Source: Acidobacteriota bacterium (GTDB lineage: Bacteria > Acidobacteriota > Holophagae > Thermotomaculales > Thermotomaculaceae). Taken from it: DNA of 64,000 bases. Shown piece by piece: positions 27,840 through 37,655 of this stretch. The position numbers and the translations under genes are program-made. The notes beneath the pieces were generated by a model, which saw nothing but the letters and a program-made list of their open reading frames with translations, searched no databases and was not told the origin of the DNA. Each line of letters begins with the position of its first letter. Position 1 is the first letter of the stretch. Location: contig JALSOA010000124.1 in NCBI GenBank assembly GCA_026986725.1, forward strand, positions 6,296 to 70,295, written 5' to 3'.

Positions 27840-28502
27840 TTATTTAAAATCTAAGAAAAATACAATTTCTTCATCTAATTTTTCTAAATCTAATAAGACT
27901 TTTTCTCGTCTTGGATTCCCATTAGAGTTTCTAAAATCTCTTTGAAATGAGCCACATTTAACCAAAACTGAATCATCTATTTTTATAAATGAGATCTGCT
28001 CCAATTTAAATTCAACCTTTCTTAATCTTGACCAGGCCCCCCTTTTAATTCTATCAATCTCATACTTCGATTTTCCACCTTTTAACTCTTCATGCCATTT
28101 TTGAAAACTCCTCTCATTATCATTATATTTAACTTCACCCATTGCAAGAATTAATCCCACAGACCCAAATTCTTTGATACCTTTTGATGTTGCTTCACTA
28201 TCATTAACAATAATTCTATGACTACTTGTATTTATTGCATGTGTTTTAAAATCCCATGGGATTTCTTTAAATCCATCAAATTCAACCTTTCCATATTTTG
28301 GACCTGGAATTTTTAGTTTATCTTTCAAAGTATTTTCACATAAAAATTGAAAATACCAGCCAATCCATTCCATCTGGCGCCAATGAGGATACCCTGCTTC
28401 TTTCATTTCTAAAATTGCTTTTTTGCCATCCCATGTTAATGGTATCTTTCTGAGTATCTCTGCTATTTCTTCAGAAATTTTCAAGAATAATTCCCTTTGC
28501 AT
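27840..28502 (-). CDS. Putative type II restriction endonuclease (partner of the adjacent methyltransferase)
   Basis: I prefer ATG 28502 (GAGGA RBS 5 nt upstream) over the track GTG at 28514. The MTase stop is 18 nt upstream. Possible PD-(D/E)xK elements: VEFDG ... PWDFKTH. No family recognised by eye. Confidence 0.5.
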   Translation of the reverse strand: MQRELFLKISEEIAEILRKIPLTWDGKKAILEMKEAGYPHWRQMEWIGWYFQFLCENTLKDKLKIPGPKYGKVEFDGFKEIPWDFKTHAINTSSHRIIVNDSEATSKGIKEFGSVGLILAMGEVKYNDNERSFQKWHEELKGGKSKYEIDRIKRGAWSRLRKVEFKLEQISFIKIDDSVLVKCGSFQRDFRNSNGNPRREKVLLDLEKLDEEIVFFLDFK

Positions 28503-28520
28503 TATTATCCTCACTGAAAA

Positions 28521-29306
28521 TTATATAAAACCTCTTTCCTGAAAAAAACCAACTAATGGCTTATCCATATAAAAAGTTAACAATGACTCAAACACCACTT
28601 TACCATTTTCGTTTAAATCACCTAAAATAAAATTTCTTTTCAAAAAATAAGAAACTATACCTAACATACCGCTCCCTGCTAAAGGATCAAAAATCAAATC
28701 ATTTTCATTAGAAAAATGCTCAATAAGAGATTGAAGCAATTTAAAAGGTAACCTTGTCGGATACTTGGGCATATTCATTTTATAATCTCTTTTAACTATA
28801 AAAGTTGTTAAATTGGGTTCTCCAGTGCTGCAATGTTCTGTTGAACACCTGTTATTATATTTCCATTTATCACTTTTGGTGACCCAGAAAATCTCATACA
28901 CATTGTGAGCCGGTCTTTTTTTGCATGCAGGGGCAAAATTATAAATCCAGTACATCTTCCCCTCCAAATATAATTTTTTATACTTTAAAATTTCATTGTG
29001 GATTATATTACTGTTATTCCAACCAGAAAAAATCAGTGCCTGCCCCTGAGAATTTAGATTTTTATCTATAACCATTAATAATTGTCGTATCTTTTCAGGA
29101 TATTCTCTAACATCCCATTCCACATATCCATCCACAACATTTTCCTTTTTTCTGTTATAGTTCCCATTTTTACCACTAAACTGAATTCCAAATGGTGGAT
29201 CGGTTATGATTAGATCAGCCTGAACATTATCCCATTCAAGCATATCTCTAATTTTATAAAAAGAAGACAATTCTTTAATAATTTTATCTTTACTAATACG
29301 ACACAT
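28521..29306 (-). CDS. Beta-class DNA methyltransferase (N6-adenine or N4-cytosine)
   Basis: 261 aa. Motif IV IITDPPFG is N-terminal and motif I FDPLAGSGMLG is C-terminal, which is the circular permutation typical of beta-class amino-MTases. Confidence 0.85.
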   Translation of the reverse strand: MCRISKDKIIKELSSFYKIRDMLEWDNVQADLIITDPPFGIQFSGKNGNYNRKKENVVDGYVEWDVREYPEKIRQLLMVIDKNLNSQGQALIFSGWNNSNIIHNEILKYKKLYLEGKMYWIYNFAPACKKRPAHNVYEIFWVTKSDKWKYNNRCSTEHCSTGEPNLTTFIVKRDYKMNMPKYPTRLPFKLLQSLIEHFSNENDLIFDPLAGSGMLGIVSYFLKRNFILGDLNENGKVVFESLLTFYMDKPLVGFFQERGFI

Positions 29307-29533
29307 TACTTCCGCCCCCAGATTTATTTTTCATAAATATTAACATTATTATAATGCTAAGTAAAATAAATTAATTTGTATGGTAATCAATTCTCATTTG
29401 TATTAAAGAAGTTACATTTAAAGGGAAAGCAGATTTGATATCCCCCTGGAAAAGAACTCCCTGAATTTCAAAACCTTAAACCCTTTATTTGACATAAGCA
29501 ATAATTCAGGTTAATTCATTAACAGGGGTTTTA

Positions 29534-29836
29534 ATGAAAAAAATAAGATTAAATGAGGAAGAAATACAGATTATAAAAAATACTGCAAAAAAAATTTTTG
29601 GAGAAAATATTTCCATTTACTTATTCGGGAGCAGAACAGACTTAACAAAAAAAGGTGGAGATATTGATATTTTAATAATTTCAAATAAAAAAATATCACT
29701 AAAAAAAGAATTAAAATTTCTTGCAGAACTTGAATTGCAGGGGATTGAAAGAAAATGTGATCTGTTAACAATAAATAGAAACACAAAAATAAAAGGGATT
29801 TACAAAACAGCAATGGAAACGGGAGTTAAGATTTAA
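29534..29836 (+). CDS. Minimal nucleotidyltransferase (MNT, Pol-beta superfamily)
   Basis: 100 aa. Contains the GS-X(n)-DxD signature FGSRTDLTKKGGDIDILI. Confidence 0.75.
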   Translation: MKKIRLNEEEIQIIKNTAKKIFGENISIYLFGSRTDLTKKGGDIDILIISNKKISLKKELKFLAELELQGIERKCDLLTINRNTKIKGIYKTAMETGVKI

Positions 29837-29905
29837 TGATAAAAGAAATCTTTAAAAGAAATACTTGACTGATTAACTTGTACTCCAAATGTTTCCTATT
29901 CACCC

Positions 29906-29933
29906 TTGAAATCTTTTTTTAAAAAGTTAAACT
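29906..29933 (+). promoter_or_regulatory. Candidate promoter for buk-ptb
   Basis: TTGAAA-N16-TAAACT, about 30 nt upstream of the buk ATG. By eye only. Confidence 0.3.
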
Positions 29934-29965
29934 AAAACTGTAAAAATAATCAGGGAGATGGCTTT

Positions 29966-31033
29966 ATGGATGTGGTTTTTGTAATAAATCCGGGTTCAAC
30001 CTCAACAAAGGTTGGTATTTTTTCAAAAAGTGGTGCGGTAAAAGAGGAGAATATAAAACACGACTTTGAGGATTTGAAAAGGTTTGAACTTGTATCGGAG
30101 CAGTTTGAAACAAGGTTTAAACCAATAAAGGAGTTTTTTGAAGAGAATTTTGACAGAGAAAAGCACAAACTTGTTGCGGTTATTGGAAGAGGGGGGCCCT
30201 TAAAACCACTTGAAGGCGGGGTTTACAGGATAAACGAAAAGATGCTTGAAGATTATAAAACCTCCAAATACTCAAACCACGCTTCAAACTTAGGCTCAAT
30301 AATTGCAGAGGCACTTGCAAAGGAGTACAGTGTACCATCATTTATTGCAGACCCTGTAACGGTTGACAATTTCTGGGATGTTTCAAGGATATCAGGGCAC
30401 CCTGACATTGTAAGAAAGTGCCGATCCCATGCACTGAACATAAAGGCAACTGCAAGAAGGGATGCCGAACATATTGGAAAAAAACTTGAGGAAGTAAACT
30501 ATGTTGTTGCTCACATTGGCGGGGGAATCTCAATCTGTGCACTTGAAGGGGGTAAAATAAGGGATGTAAACGACGGGCTTTTAGGGGAAGGGCCTTTCTC
30601 CCCTATCAGGGCAGGTACAATTCCCATAAACGGGGTAATTGATATGTGCTTCTCAAAGAAAGACAGAAAAGAGGTTGAGTACGAGTTTTCTGCAAACAGC
30701 GGATTTCAGGGGTATCTTGGCACTGCAGATTTTAAAGAGGTTTTAAAGATGGTTGATGAGGGAGATGAAAAGGCAGATCTTATTTACAGGGCTTTTGTTT
30801 TTCAGATTGCAAAGGAGATCGGAAGGTATGCGGCAGCATTGAAGGGAGATTACAGTGCAATTTTGATAACGGGGGGAATTGCCCACTCTGAAAGGTTTAT
30901 TTCAGATTTAAAAGAATACATATCTTTTTTAGGGGAAATCAGGATTTACCCCGGCGAGGGAGAGATGGAAGCCCTTGCAGAAAGTGCATTTTTAGCCGTT
31001 GAAGGAAAAACTGAAATCAAAGAATACATTTAG
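29966..31033 (+). CDS. buk: Butyrate kinase
   Basis: 355 aa. N-terminus VFVINPGSTSTKVGIF and ASKHA-fold motifs (HIGGGISICA, ILITGGIAHSE). Confidence 0.85.
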   Translation: MDVVFVINPGSTSTKVGIFSKSGAVKEENIKHDFEDLKRFELVSEQFETRFKPIKEFFEENFDREKHKLVAVIGRGGPLKPLEGGVYRINEKMLEDYKTSKYSNHASNLGSIIAEALAKEYSVPSFIADPVTVDNFWDVSRISGHPDIVRKCRSHALNIKATARRDAEHIGKKLEEVNYVVAHIGGGISICALEGGKIRDVNDGLLGEGPFSPIRAGTIPINGVIDMCFSKKDRKEVEYEFSANSGFQGYLGTADFKEVLKMVDEGDEKADLIYRAFVFQIAKEIGRYAAALKGDYSAILITGGIAHSERFISDLKEYISFLGEIRIYPGEGEMEALAESAFLAVEGKTEIKEYI

Positions 31034-31035
31034 AG

Positions 31036-31896
31036 GTGGATATGATTAAGGATTACAATTCTTTAATTGAAACAGCAAAAAAACAGAAGGGGAACAAAAC
31101 GGTTGCAGTTGTAATGGCAAATGAAAAAAGTGTGCTTAAAGCAGTTGTCAATTCGGTTAATGACGGGATAGTAAATGCAATACTTGTCGGAAATAAAGAA
31201 GAGATTGAGAATGTTGCAAAAAAAGAAGGGTTGGATTTAAAAAACTGCGAGATTGTTGATATAAAAAACGAAAAAGAGGCTGCAAAACATTCGGTAAAAT
31301 TCATTGTGGAAGGGAAAGCCCACTTTTTAATGAAGGGATTTGTGAAAACCTCAACCCTTTTAAAGGCTGTATTTAAGGAAAAGAGTTTAAAGTTAGGGAG
31401 TGTTATCTCCCATGTTGCAGTGCTTGACATACCGGGAAGGAACAGGTTGTTTTTTTATACAGACGGGGGTATTGTTGAAAAACCTGATTTTAAACAGAAG
31501 GTTGAGATTGTAAAAAATCTTATATCGGTTGCAAAATCCCTTGGAGTGGAAAAACCTTCTTTTGGCTTTATTTCACAGTACGGAGATTTGATTGAAGAGG
31601 AAAACATAAAGGTGATTGATGAGATAAAAAAAGAACATTCTGATATAAACCTTTTGCCTGCAATTGAGCCCTATGAGGCTTTTTCAAAGCATGACGGGTT
31701 GATTGTAAATGCAATTGAGGAATGCAACATTGTAACAAAAGCGTTAACACTTTTTTCAGACACAGTATTTGCAGGGATAATTGCAGGGACAAAGGTTCCA
31801 ATATGCCTTGTTTCAAGGTCTGATACGGAAAAGAACAAGGCAGCATCCCTTGCTCTTGGAGCAATCTTTGCAAACAGGAGGGAAAATGAAAATTGA
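31036..31896 (+). CDS. ptb: Phosphate butyryltransferase (PTA_PTB family)
   Basis: 286 aa. Motifs LMKGFVKTSTLLKAV and HVAVLDIPG, typical of the Ptb family. It starts 2 nt after buk. Confidence 0.8.
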   Translation: MDMIKDYNSLIETAKKQKGNKTVAVVMANEKSVLKAVVNSVNDGIVNAILVGNKEEIENVAKKEGLDLKNCEIVDIKNEKEAAKHSVKFIVEGKAHFLMKGFVKTSTLLKAVFKEKSLKLGSVISHVAVLDIPGRNRLFFYTDGGIVEKPDFKQKVEIVKNLISVAKSLGVEKPSFGFISQYGDLIEEENIKVIDEIKKEHSDINLLPAIEPYEAFSKHDGLIVNAIEECNIVTKALTLFSDTVFAGIIAGTKVPICLVSRSDTEKNKAASLALGAIFANRRENEN

Positions 31897-32473
31897 AGAA
31901 TTGAAAAAAATTATTGAATCAAATAAAGATAAAATTGAAATAGACTTTTCATTTGAAACAGCAAAAGCATTTGAAGATGTGTCAAAGGAATTCAAATGCT
32001 TCTTTTCATCTTCAGCAATTGTTTCAATAGATAACAAAAAATTCATTGTGTCTGATCCCTATCTCAACACCTCATTAAACTATAAGGATTTTACAAAATT
32101 GATTTCAAACTCAATATTTGTGGCAAAAGAATACGGGATTGAATCCCCTAAGGCCGCAGTACTTTCAGCGGTTGAGCTGGTTAACTTAAATATGGAGTCT
32201 TCAATTTTTGGAGCAATTGCAGAGGCAATGGGGAAAAGGAAGCAGTTTGGAAAAGATGTCTTTGTTGAGGGGCCTCTTTCAATGGATGTTGCCCTCTCCG
32301 AAAAGGCGGCAGGAGAAAAAAAGGTTTTAACAGATGTTGCAGGGAAAGCAAATGTCCTTATATGCCACAGGGGAAGCATTGCAAGGGGTATTGTTGAGGG
32401 GATAAAATTCCTGAATATTGCAAAAATTGAAATTGTTATTACAGACGGGGAAAGGGTTTTTAAAGTAAATTAA
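31886..32473 (+). CDS. Short PTA_PTB-like paralog (195 aa)
   Basis: I start it at ATG 31886 (GGAGGG RBS; 11-nt overlap with ptb) rather than the track start at 31781. The C-terminal part VEGPLSMDVALSEKAAGEKKV..DVAGKANVLICHRGSIARGI resembles the PTA_PTB C-terminal half. Confidence 0.6.
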   Translation: MKIEELKKIIESNKDKIEIDFSFETAKAFEDVSKEFKCFFSSSAIVSIDNKKFIVSDPYLNTSLNYKDFTKLISNSIFVAKEYGIESPKAAVLSAVELVNLNMESSIFGAIAEAMGKRKQFGKDVFVEGPLSMDVALSEKAAGEKKVLTDVAGKANVLICHRGSIARGIVEGIKFLNIAKIEIVITDGERVFKVN

Positions 32474-33209
32474 ACTTTTTCAATTTTTCCTCTAATTCTT
32501 TTAATGAAACAGGCTTTAAAAGGTAATCGTCACAGAGGTTTTTGTTTAATCTTGCAGGATTCACCCCTGTTGTGAAAACAACAGGAAATGTCTTTAATCC
32601 TTTTTTTATTAGCCTTTCAACAAAGTCATATCCGCTAATTTCAGGCATCATTACATCGGCAAAACATATTGAAGGAGAAATCTCTGAATGTTCAATCTTA
32701 TTTAAAAGTTCTTTTCCGCTTTTAAAAACAAGTGCATTCACTCCAAGACATAAAGACAGATCTTTGAATATGTTTAATATGTAATCTTCATCATCTAAAA
32801 AGACAACCGTTACCCTATTATCAGCAAAAGTATTCGCATTCTTTTTCTCGTAAAGTGAGGACATTATATCCTCTTTCAATCTCATGTTAAACTCTATAAC
32901 CCTTTTAAATCTGTCATAGCCTGGAAGGGATGGAGGAATCCTCTCCATAGAATCGTGGGTATCAACATCAAAAAGAAGATCCTTCCCATCAATTTTAATT
33001 ATAAGTTTCATGTGAGGGTAAAGAGGGTTACCCAGCCTTAATCCATAAACACCTGTATCAATACTTTCAAAAAAAGCCAGATTGAACAGATCATCATCCT
33101 CTGTATTTTCAATTTGATTTATCCAGGTCACAACTTTCTTTGGAATATCCCTGTCCTTATAGGCTATATCAAGATAAACCCGCACCGCCTCAAGTATCTT
33201 TTCTTTCAT
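32460..33209 (-). CDS. Protein with unknown ~125-aa N-terminal domain and C-terminal receiver (REC) domain
   Basis: 249 aa. REC residues: VVFLDDEDY, phospho-acceptor FADVMMPEISG, VVFTTG, LLKP. Confidence 0.75.
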   Translation of the reverse strand: MKEKILEAVRVYLDIAYKDRDIPKKVVTWINQIENTEDDDLFNLAFFESIDTGVYGLRLGNPLYPHMKLIIKIDGKDLLFDVDTHDSMERIPPSLPGYDRFKRVIEFNMRLKEDIMSSLYEKKNANTFADNRVTVVFLDDEDYILNIFKDLSLCLGVNALVFKSGKELLNKIEHSEISPSICFADVMMPEISGYDFVERLIKKGLKTFPVVFTTGVNPARLNKNLCDDYLLKPVSLKELEEKLKKFNLL

Positions 33210-34453
33210 ACTCTCTCCGGTAAAACTATCTCAACTTTTGTCCCAACACCCTTCTCACTTGTCAATAAAAGCATACCACCAACCATATCCACCATTTTTT
33301 TGCACATTGAAAGTCCAAGGCCAAGACCTTTTAAAGAATGGCTCTTATAATGTTCCACATCAATAAATTGAACAAACGGGACAAATGCCTGCTCAACCTC
33401 TTTTTCAGTCATACCTATTCCCGTGTCTCCAATCACAACAATCACCCTTTCATCTTCTTTCCTGCATGCAATTTTAATACTGCCATTTTTTCTGTTAAAG
33501 ATAATTGCATTTCTTAAAATCGGATCGATTATCTCTATCAGGAAATCCCTGTTTAATTTAAGTCTAATGTCCTTTGAACAATCAAAAAAAACCTTTAATT
33601 CTCTCTCCGAGATAAAAGGTTGATAACGAAGCAAAACCTCATCTATTGCATCTGAAACCTTAATTAGAATATTTGATTTAATCTCAAAATCAAAGTTATT
33701 AAACCTTGACACCTGTTCCATAAGATCCTTTATTCTCAACCCCGAAGAGATAACGCTTTCAATTAATCTGTTACCCTCTTCTTCCAGCTCTCTGAAATAC
33801 TTTATCTGCAATAGCTCAGAGTATCCAAGAATTGAAGAGAGAGGCCCTTTGATCTCATGAAAAATAAAATCAAGAAAATCCTGCCTGAAATTCACCAGAG
33901 CTTCAAGTTTTTTCCTTGCATTTTCAGTTTCCCTGTACAGGTTCTCTATGGTTTTATTTTTGTTTCTCAACTCATTATTTACAGATGTCAATTCCTCCAC
34001 CTTTTCCTGCAATGACAAAACCAGTTCATTCGTGATGGCATCAAAGGAATCCATATCAACTGAATCCTTCCTTTTTACATCTTTTTTTCTGAAATATCTC
34101 CAGATAATGTTCTTTAACGCATCACTTTTTATAGGTTTAGATATGAAATCGTGGCAAAGTGCAAGCATCTTCTTTTCAACCTCACTATCTGTCATGGAAG
34201 TCATTGCGATCAATATAGTACTATTTAAATCTTCCATATTTTTCAAACGAATTGCAGTTGCATAACCGTTGAAATAAGGCATTACCACATCAACAAAAAC
34301 TATATCTGGTTTTTCTTTCTCAGCAATTTTTATCCCTTCGATACCATTTTCAGCCTCAAAAATCTTGCATTCACCACAGACAAAAGAGTGGATCTTCTCC
34401 CTTAGATCCTCTCTCACTGCTTTTGAATCATCAATTATCAGAATACGTTTCAA
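33206..34453 (-). CDS. Hybrid REC - coiled coil - histidine kinase (HisKA + HATPase_c)
   Basis: 415 aa. REC: ILIIDDS, VFVDVVMP, SKPI. H-box FHEIKGPLSSILGY, N box LRNAIIFN, G boxes IGDTGIGM and GLGLGLS. Confidence 0.85.
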   Translation of the reverse strand: MKRILIIDDSKAVREDLREKIHSFVCGECKIFEAENGIEGIKIAEKEKPDIVFVDVVMPYFNGYATAIRLKNMEDLNSTILIAMTSMTDSEVEKKMLALCHDFISKPIKSDALKNIIWRYFRKKDVKRKDSVDMDSFDAITNELVLSLQEKVEELTSVNNELRNKNKTIENLYRETENARKKLEALVNFRQDFLDFIFHEIKGPLSSILGYSELLQIKYFRELEEEGNRLIESVISSGLRIKDLMEQVSRFNNFDFEIKSNILIKVSDAIDEVLLRYQPFISERELKVFFDCSKDIRLKLNRDFLIEIIDPILRNAIIFNRKNGSIKIACRKEDERVIVVIGDTGIGMTEKEVEQAFVPFVQFIDVEHYKSHSLKGLGLGLSMCKKMVDMVGGMLLLTSEKGVGTKVEIVLPERV

Positions 34454-34886
34454 AAATTAACTCCCTTTTTTGATCACCAATTATTCTAATGTTCAATATG
34501 AAAATTCTCCCTTCAACCATTTTCACAATATCAGTTACAAACCTTTTGCCCCACTCAACCAAAAAAATACAATTTGAAGATGTCTCAAAGAGTTCATCAA
34601 AAAAAATATCATCGTTGTGTTCAATCCTGTAAAGGTCAACATGAAACAATTTAACTTTTTCCCCTCTGTAAACATTCATAATGGTAAAGGTTGGACTTGA
34701 AACAATATTCCCGGAAATTCCATAGTACTCAACAATGCATTTTACAAATGTTGTTTTCCCTGCTCCAAGCCCCCCGTCAAGTATTAAAACATCTCCCTCT
34801 TTCAAAACTGGGGCAACTTCTTTTAAAGCAAATTCGCATGTTTCTTCAACTGTTCTCACAATAACCCTGGAGATTGTTTTACTCAT
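34431..34886 (-). CDS. tsaE: tRNA t6A biosynthesis ATPase TsaE (YjeE)
   Basis: 151 aa. P-loop GGLGAGKTTFVK and motifs SPTFTIMNVY, HVDLYR. Confidence 0.85.
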   Translation of the reverse strand: MSKTISRVIVRTVEETCEFALKEVAPVLKEGDVLILDGGLGAGKTTFVKCIVEYYGISGNIVSSPTFTIMNVYRGEKVKLFHVDLYRIEHNDDIFFDELFETSSNCIFLVEWGKRFVTDIVKMVEGRIFILNIRIIGDQKRELIFETYSDN

Positions 34887-36411
34887 AGTTTAATGCCCTT
34901 GAGATATTTGAAATAATTTCACCTGCAACAACTCCTTCTCTGCCACACTCTTCCTCCGCCAATTCCCCTGCCAGTCCGTGTGCTGCAACCCCTAAAATTG
35001 TAGCATCTCTTAAAGGGTAATTTTGAGCAAGAAAAGATGCAATAACCCCTCCAAGCACATCACCGCTTCCTGCCGTACCAAGAGCATTGCTCCCGGTTGT
35101 GTTAATAAACACATCCTCTTTATCTGCAATAACAGTTTGATACCCCTTTAAAACAACGATAGAGCCTGTCTTTATAGAAACATCTTTGGCAACTTCTATC
35201 CTGTTTGACTGAACATCTTTTATATCAAGCCCGGTAAATAAAGACATCTCTCCAGGGTGGGGAGTTAAAACAACCTCTTTATTCTTTAAAACAGGAGTAA
35301 GTTCATCAAGAGTGAAGTTTCTAAATACATCGGCATCAAGAACAACGGGGATATTCGCCTTTCCCAGAACCTTTTTTATCAGAGATCTCTGGTACTCCCC
35401 AATACCAAGCCCCTGCCCGATTAAAATTGCCTTTTTTCCTTCAAGAAATGAAGTTAAGCTTTCTTCATCGTTTTTTACCTTTGTTGTAAAAAACATAACC
35501 TCAGGGTATATGGAAGAAACAAGCGGATAATTATCCTCTTCAATATACACGGTTGAAAGACCGCATCCGGCTTTTAACCCCGCAAATGCTGCAAGCATTG
35601 AAGCGCCCAGCTTTCCTCTTTCGCCGGATATTACACCTATATGCCCGAATGTTCCTTTGTGTGAATCCTCCGAAAACCTCTTTCGCAAACCCTTAATATC
35701 TTCCCTTTCAACAAGGTGAAAATAGCACCCAACCTTTTCAAAGACAAAATGAGGGATTGTTATCCAGTCTTCCACCACCTTTCCACACTCTTTAGAGGCA
35801 GGGTAAAGCACATGGCACGGTTTCATTTTCCCAAAGGTAACTGTCAGATCTGCCCTGATATGAACTCCGTCAACAGAATTTTTGTCTGCAAAAAGCCCTG
35901 ACGGAATGTCAACGCTTAAAACAAAAGTATCAGATCTGTTTACAATAGCGATCACATCGGCGTAAAAACCCGTTACAGGCTTTGAGAGCCCTGTGCCAAA
36001 TATTCCGTCAACCACTATATCGCTTTGTTCAAGTAATTTTTCAACTTTTAAAATTGCATTAACATCGTCTTTTTTAATAACAGAAACTTCAAGTGGATAG
36101 TTTTTTATAATCTCAACCTGAAATTTAGCATCCCCTCTATAATTTTCCGGGTCTGCAAGAAGCAAAAGTTTTGTATCAACTCCCATTGAACGCAATTGCC
36201 TTGCAACAACAATTGCATCTCCCCCATTGTTACCCTTGCCTGCAATGCAAAGAACCCTTTTATCCTTTAAACCTGTGGGAAAAGCATTTTTTAACTCCCT
36301 GACACATGCTGTCCCTGCATGCTCCATCAAAATTATTCCGTTTGTATTTAACATATTAATGGTCAGGCCGTCCGCATTCCTCATTATTTTTGAGTTGACA
36401 ATAGATTTCAT
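34879..36411 (-). CDS. nnr: Bifunctional NAD(P)H-hydrate repair enzyme Nnr (epimerase + ADP-dependent dehydratase)
   Basis: 510 aa. YjeF_N motif GKGNNGGDA and C-terminal kinase-like motif GSGDVLGGVIA. Confidence 0.85.
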   Translation of the reverse strand: MKSIVNSKIMRNADGLTINMLNTNGIILMEHAGTACVRELKNAFPTGLKDKRVLCIAGKGNNGGDAIVVARQLRSMGVDTKLLLLADPENYRGDAKFQVEIIKNYPLEVSVIKKDDVNAILKVEKLLEQSDIVVDGIFGTGLSKPVTGFYADVIAIVNRSDTFVLSVDIPSGLFADKNSVDGVHIRADLTVTFGKMKPCHVLYPASKECGKVVEDWITIPHFVFEKVGCYFHLVEREDIKGLRKRFSEDSHKGTFGHIGVISGERGKLGASMLAAFAGLKAGCGLSTVYIEEDNYPLVSSIYPEVMFFTTKVKNDEESLTSFLEGKKAILIGQGLGIGEYQRSLIKKVLGKANIPVVLDADVFRNFTLDELTPVLKNKEVVLTPHPGEMSLFTGLDIKDVQSNRIEVAKDVSIKTGSIVVLKGYQTVIADKEDVFINTTGSNALGTAGSGDVLGGVIASFLAQNYPLRDATILGVAAHGLAGELAEEECGREGVVAGEIISNISRALNYE

Positions 36412-37655
36412 CTTTCACTCCTCTTTTTCATTGGAAAAATAATGTAAAAACAGGTGATTCCGTTCTCTGTTTTAACCTGGATGTCTCCATCATGCTGCTT
36501 TATATACTCCTTTACACTGCTTAAACCAAGCCCTGTTCCCTGGTTATCTCCACTCACAAAAGGATCAAAGATCTCTTCACTATTAAAACCCATCTCATTT
36601 CCATTATCCCATACACCAATTTGAAGATTCTCACCGTTTAACCTGAATTCAAGCCCCATTTTTCTGTTGTCTTTCTTTTTTTCAAGTATCCTGACAGCAT
36701 TGTTAAGGAGATTGTCTATTGCATTTTTAAATTGAAGAGGATTGACTTTGATTGATTTTCCATAAAGTTTCCCATCAAAATAAACAGAAAACTCTATACC
36801 CTTGCTCTCAGAAATTATTGAATATTCTTTCTCAAAACCATTTTTCAAAACCTCCATGTCAACATCTTCAAACTGAAGATCCTTACCCTCCTTTAAACAG
36901 TAAAGGATCTCCTCAAGGGCAAAACGCAGACTGTCAATCTTTGCTTCAATAAAACCTAAAACCTCGTTTTTTTCCTTATCATTTTTACTGTTCTTTGCCC
37001 TGTACAACAAAACATTCAAGATGGAAAAAGTGTTTTTGAGATCATGAATAATCCTTGAACTGAACAGTCCAAGCGTCTCAAACTGTGTTTTCCTCTCCAT
37101 TGCTTTTTCAGTTTTTAAATAATCAAGATATATGGTCTGAAATTTGTTAATAATGCTATCCACCCCCTCAACATCAATTTCAGGTAACTTTTCCGGTAAA
37201 AACTTTCTCTGTGTTGACAGGGATATAGTTGCATCTGCTCTGGATATGGCGGAAAAGATCTTAAAGTAAAAGAACAAAGCTATCCATATAAGAATCAGAT
37301 CAAAAATAACATTCAAAAAAACTATATTTTTGCCCATTCTGAATACAAGTGTATCATTCAAAGTAACCTTAAACACACCGTGTTTATCATGCACATACAT
37401 CACTCCCGGTCTATAAAAAACTCCTGTACTCATCAAAACCCTTTTTTCCTCTTCAGACAGTTCATTTAAATTGCTTAATTTTTCAAACTTCTTATTTTTT
37501 ATCCTGATATAGAAATTATAAATGGACCTGTTCAACCTTTTTTCAGCATTCTTCAACAGGTAAAACTGAAATGACAAAATCAAACAAAAAACAACCGCAA
37601 GCGCAACAAAAAGGGTTTTAATAGAAAGAGTAAAGTTAAAATTTTTCATGGTCAC
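36408..37655 (-). CDS. Membrane sensor histidine kinase
   Basis: 415 aa. Two TM helices bracket a loop of about 85 aa. H-box SSRIIHDLKNTF, N box LLNNAVR, G box GTGLGLS. Confidence 0.85.
   Translation of the reverse strand: MTMKNFNFTLSIKTLFVALAVVFCLILSFQFYLLKNAEKRLNRSIYNFYIRIKNKKFEKLSNLNELSEEEKRVLMSTGVFYRPGVMYVHDKHGVFKVTLNDTLVFRMGKNIVFLNVIFDLILIWIALFFYFKIFSAISRADATISLSTQRKFLPEKLPEIDVEGVDSIINKFQTIYLDYLKTEKAMERKTQFETLGLFSSRIIHDLKNTFSILNVLLYRAKNSKNDKEKNEVLGFIEAKIDSLRFALEEILYCLKEGKDLQFEDVDMEVLKNGFEKEYSIISESKGIEFSVYFDGKLYGKSIKVNPLQFKNAIDNLLNNAVRILEKKKDNRKMGLEFRLNGENLQIGVWDNGNEMGFNSEEIFDPFVSGDNQGTGLGLSSVKEYIKQHDGDIQVKTENGITCFYIIFPMKKRSER

Noticed and set aside
31781-31885. Longer start (track) for the short PTA_PTB paralog
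   Set aside because: It would overlap 116 nt of ptb in another frame. ATG 31886 is preceded by GGAGGG.
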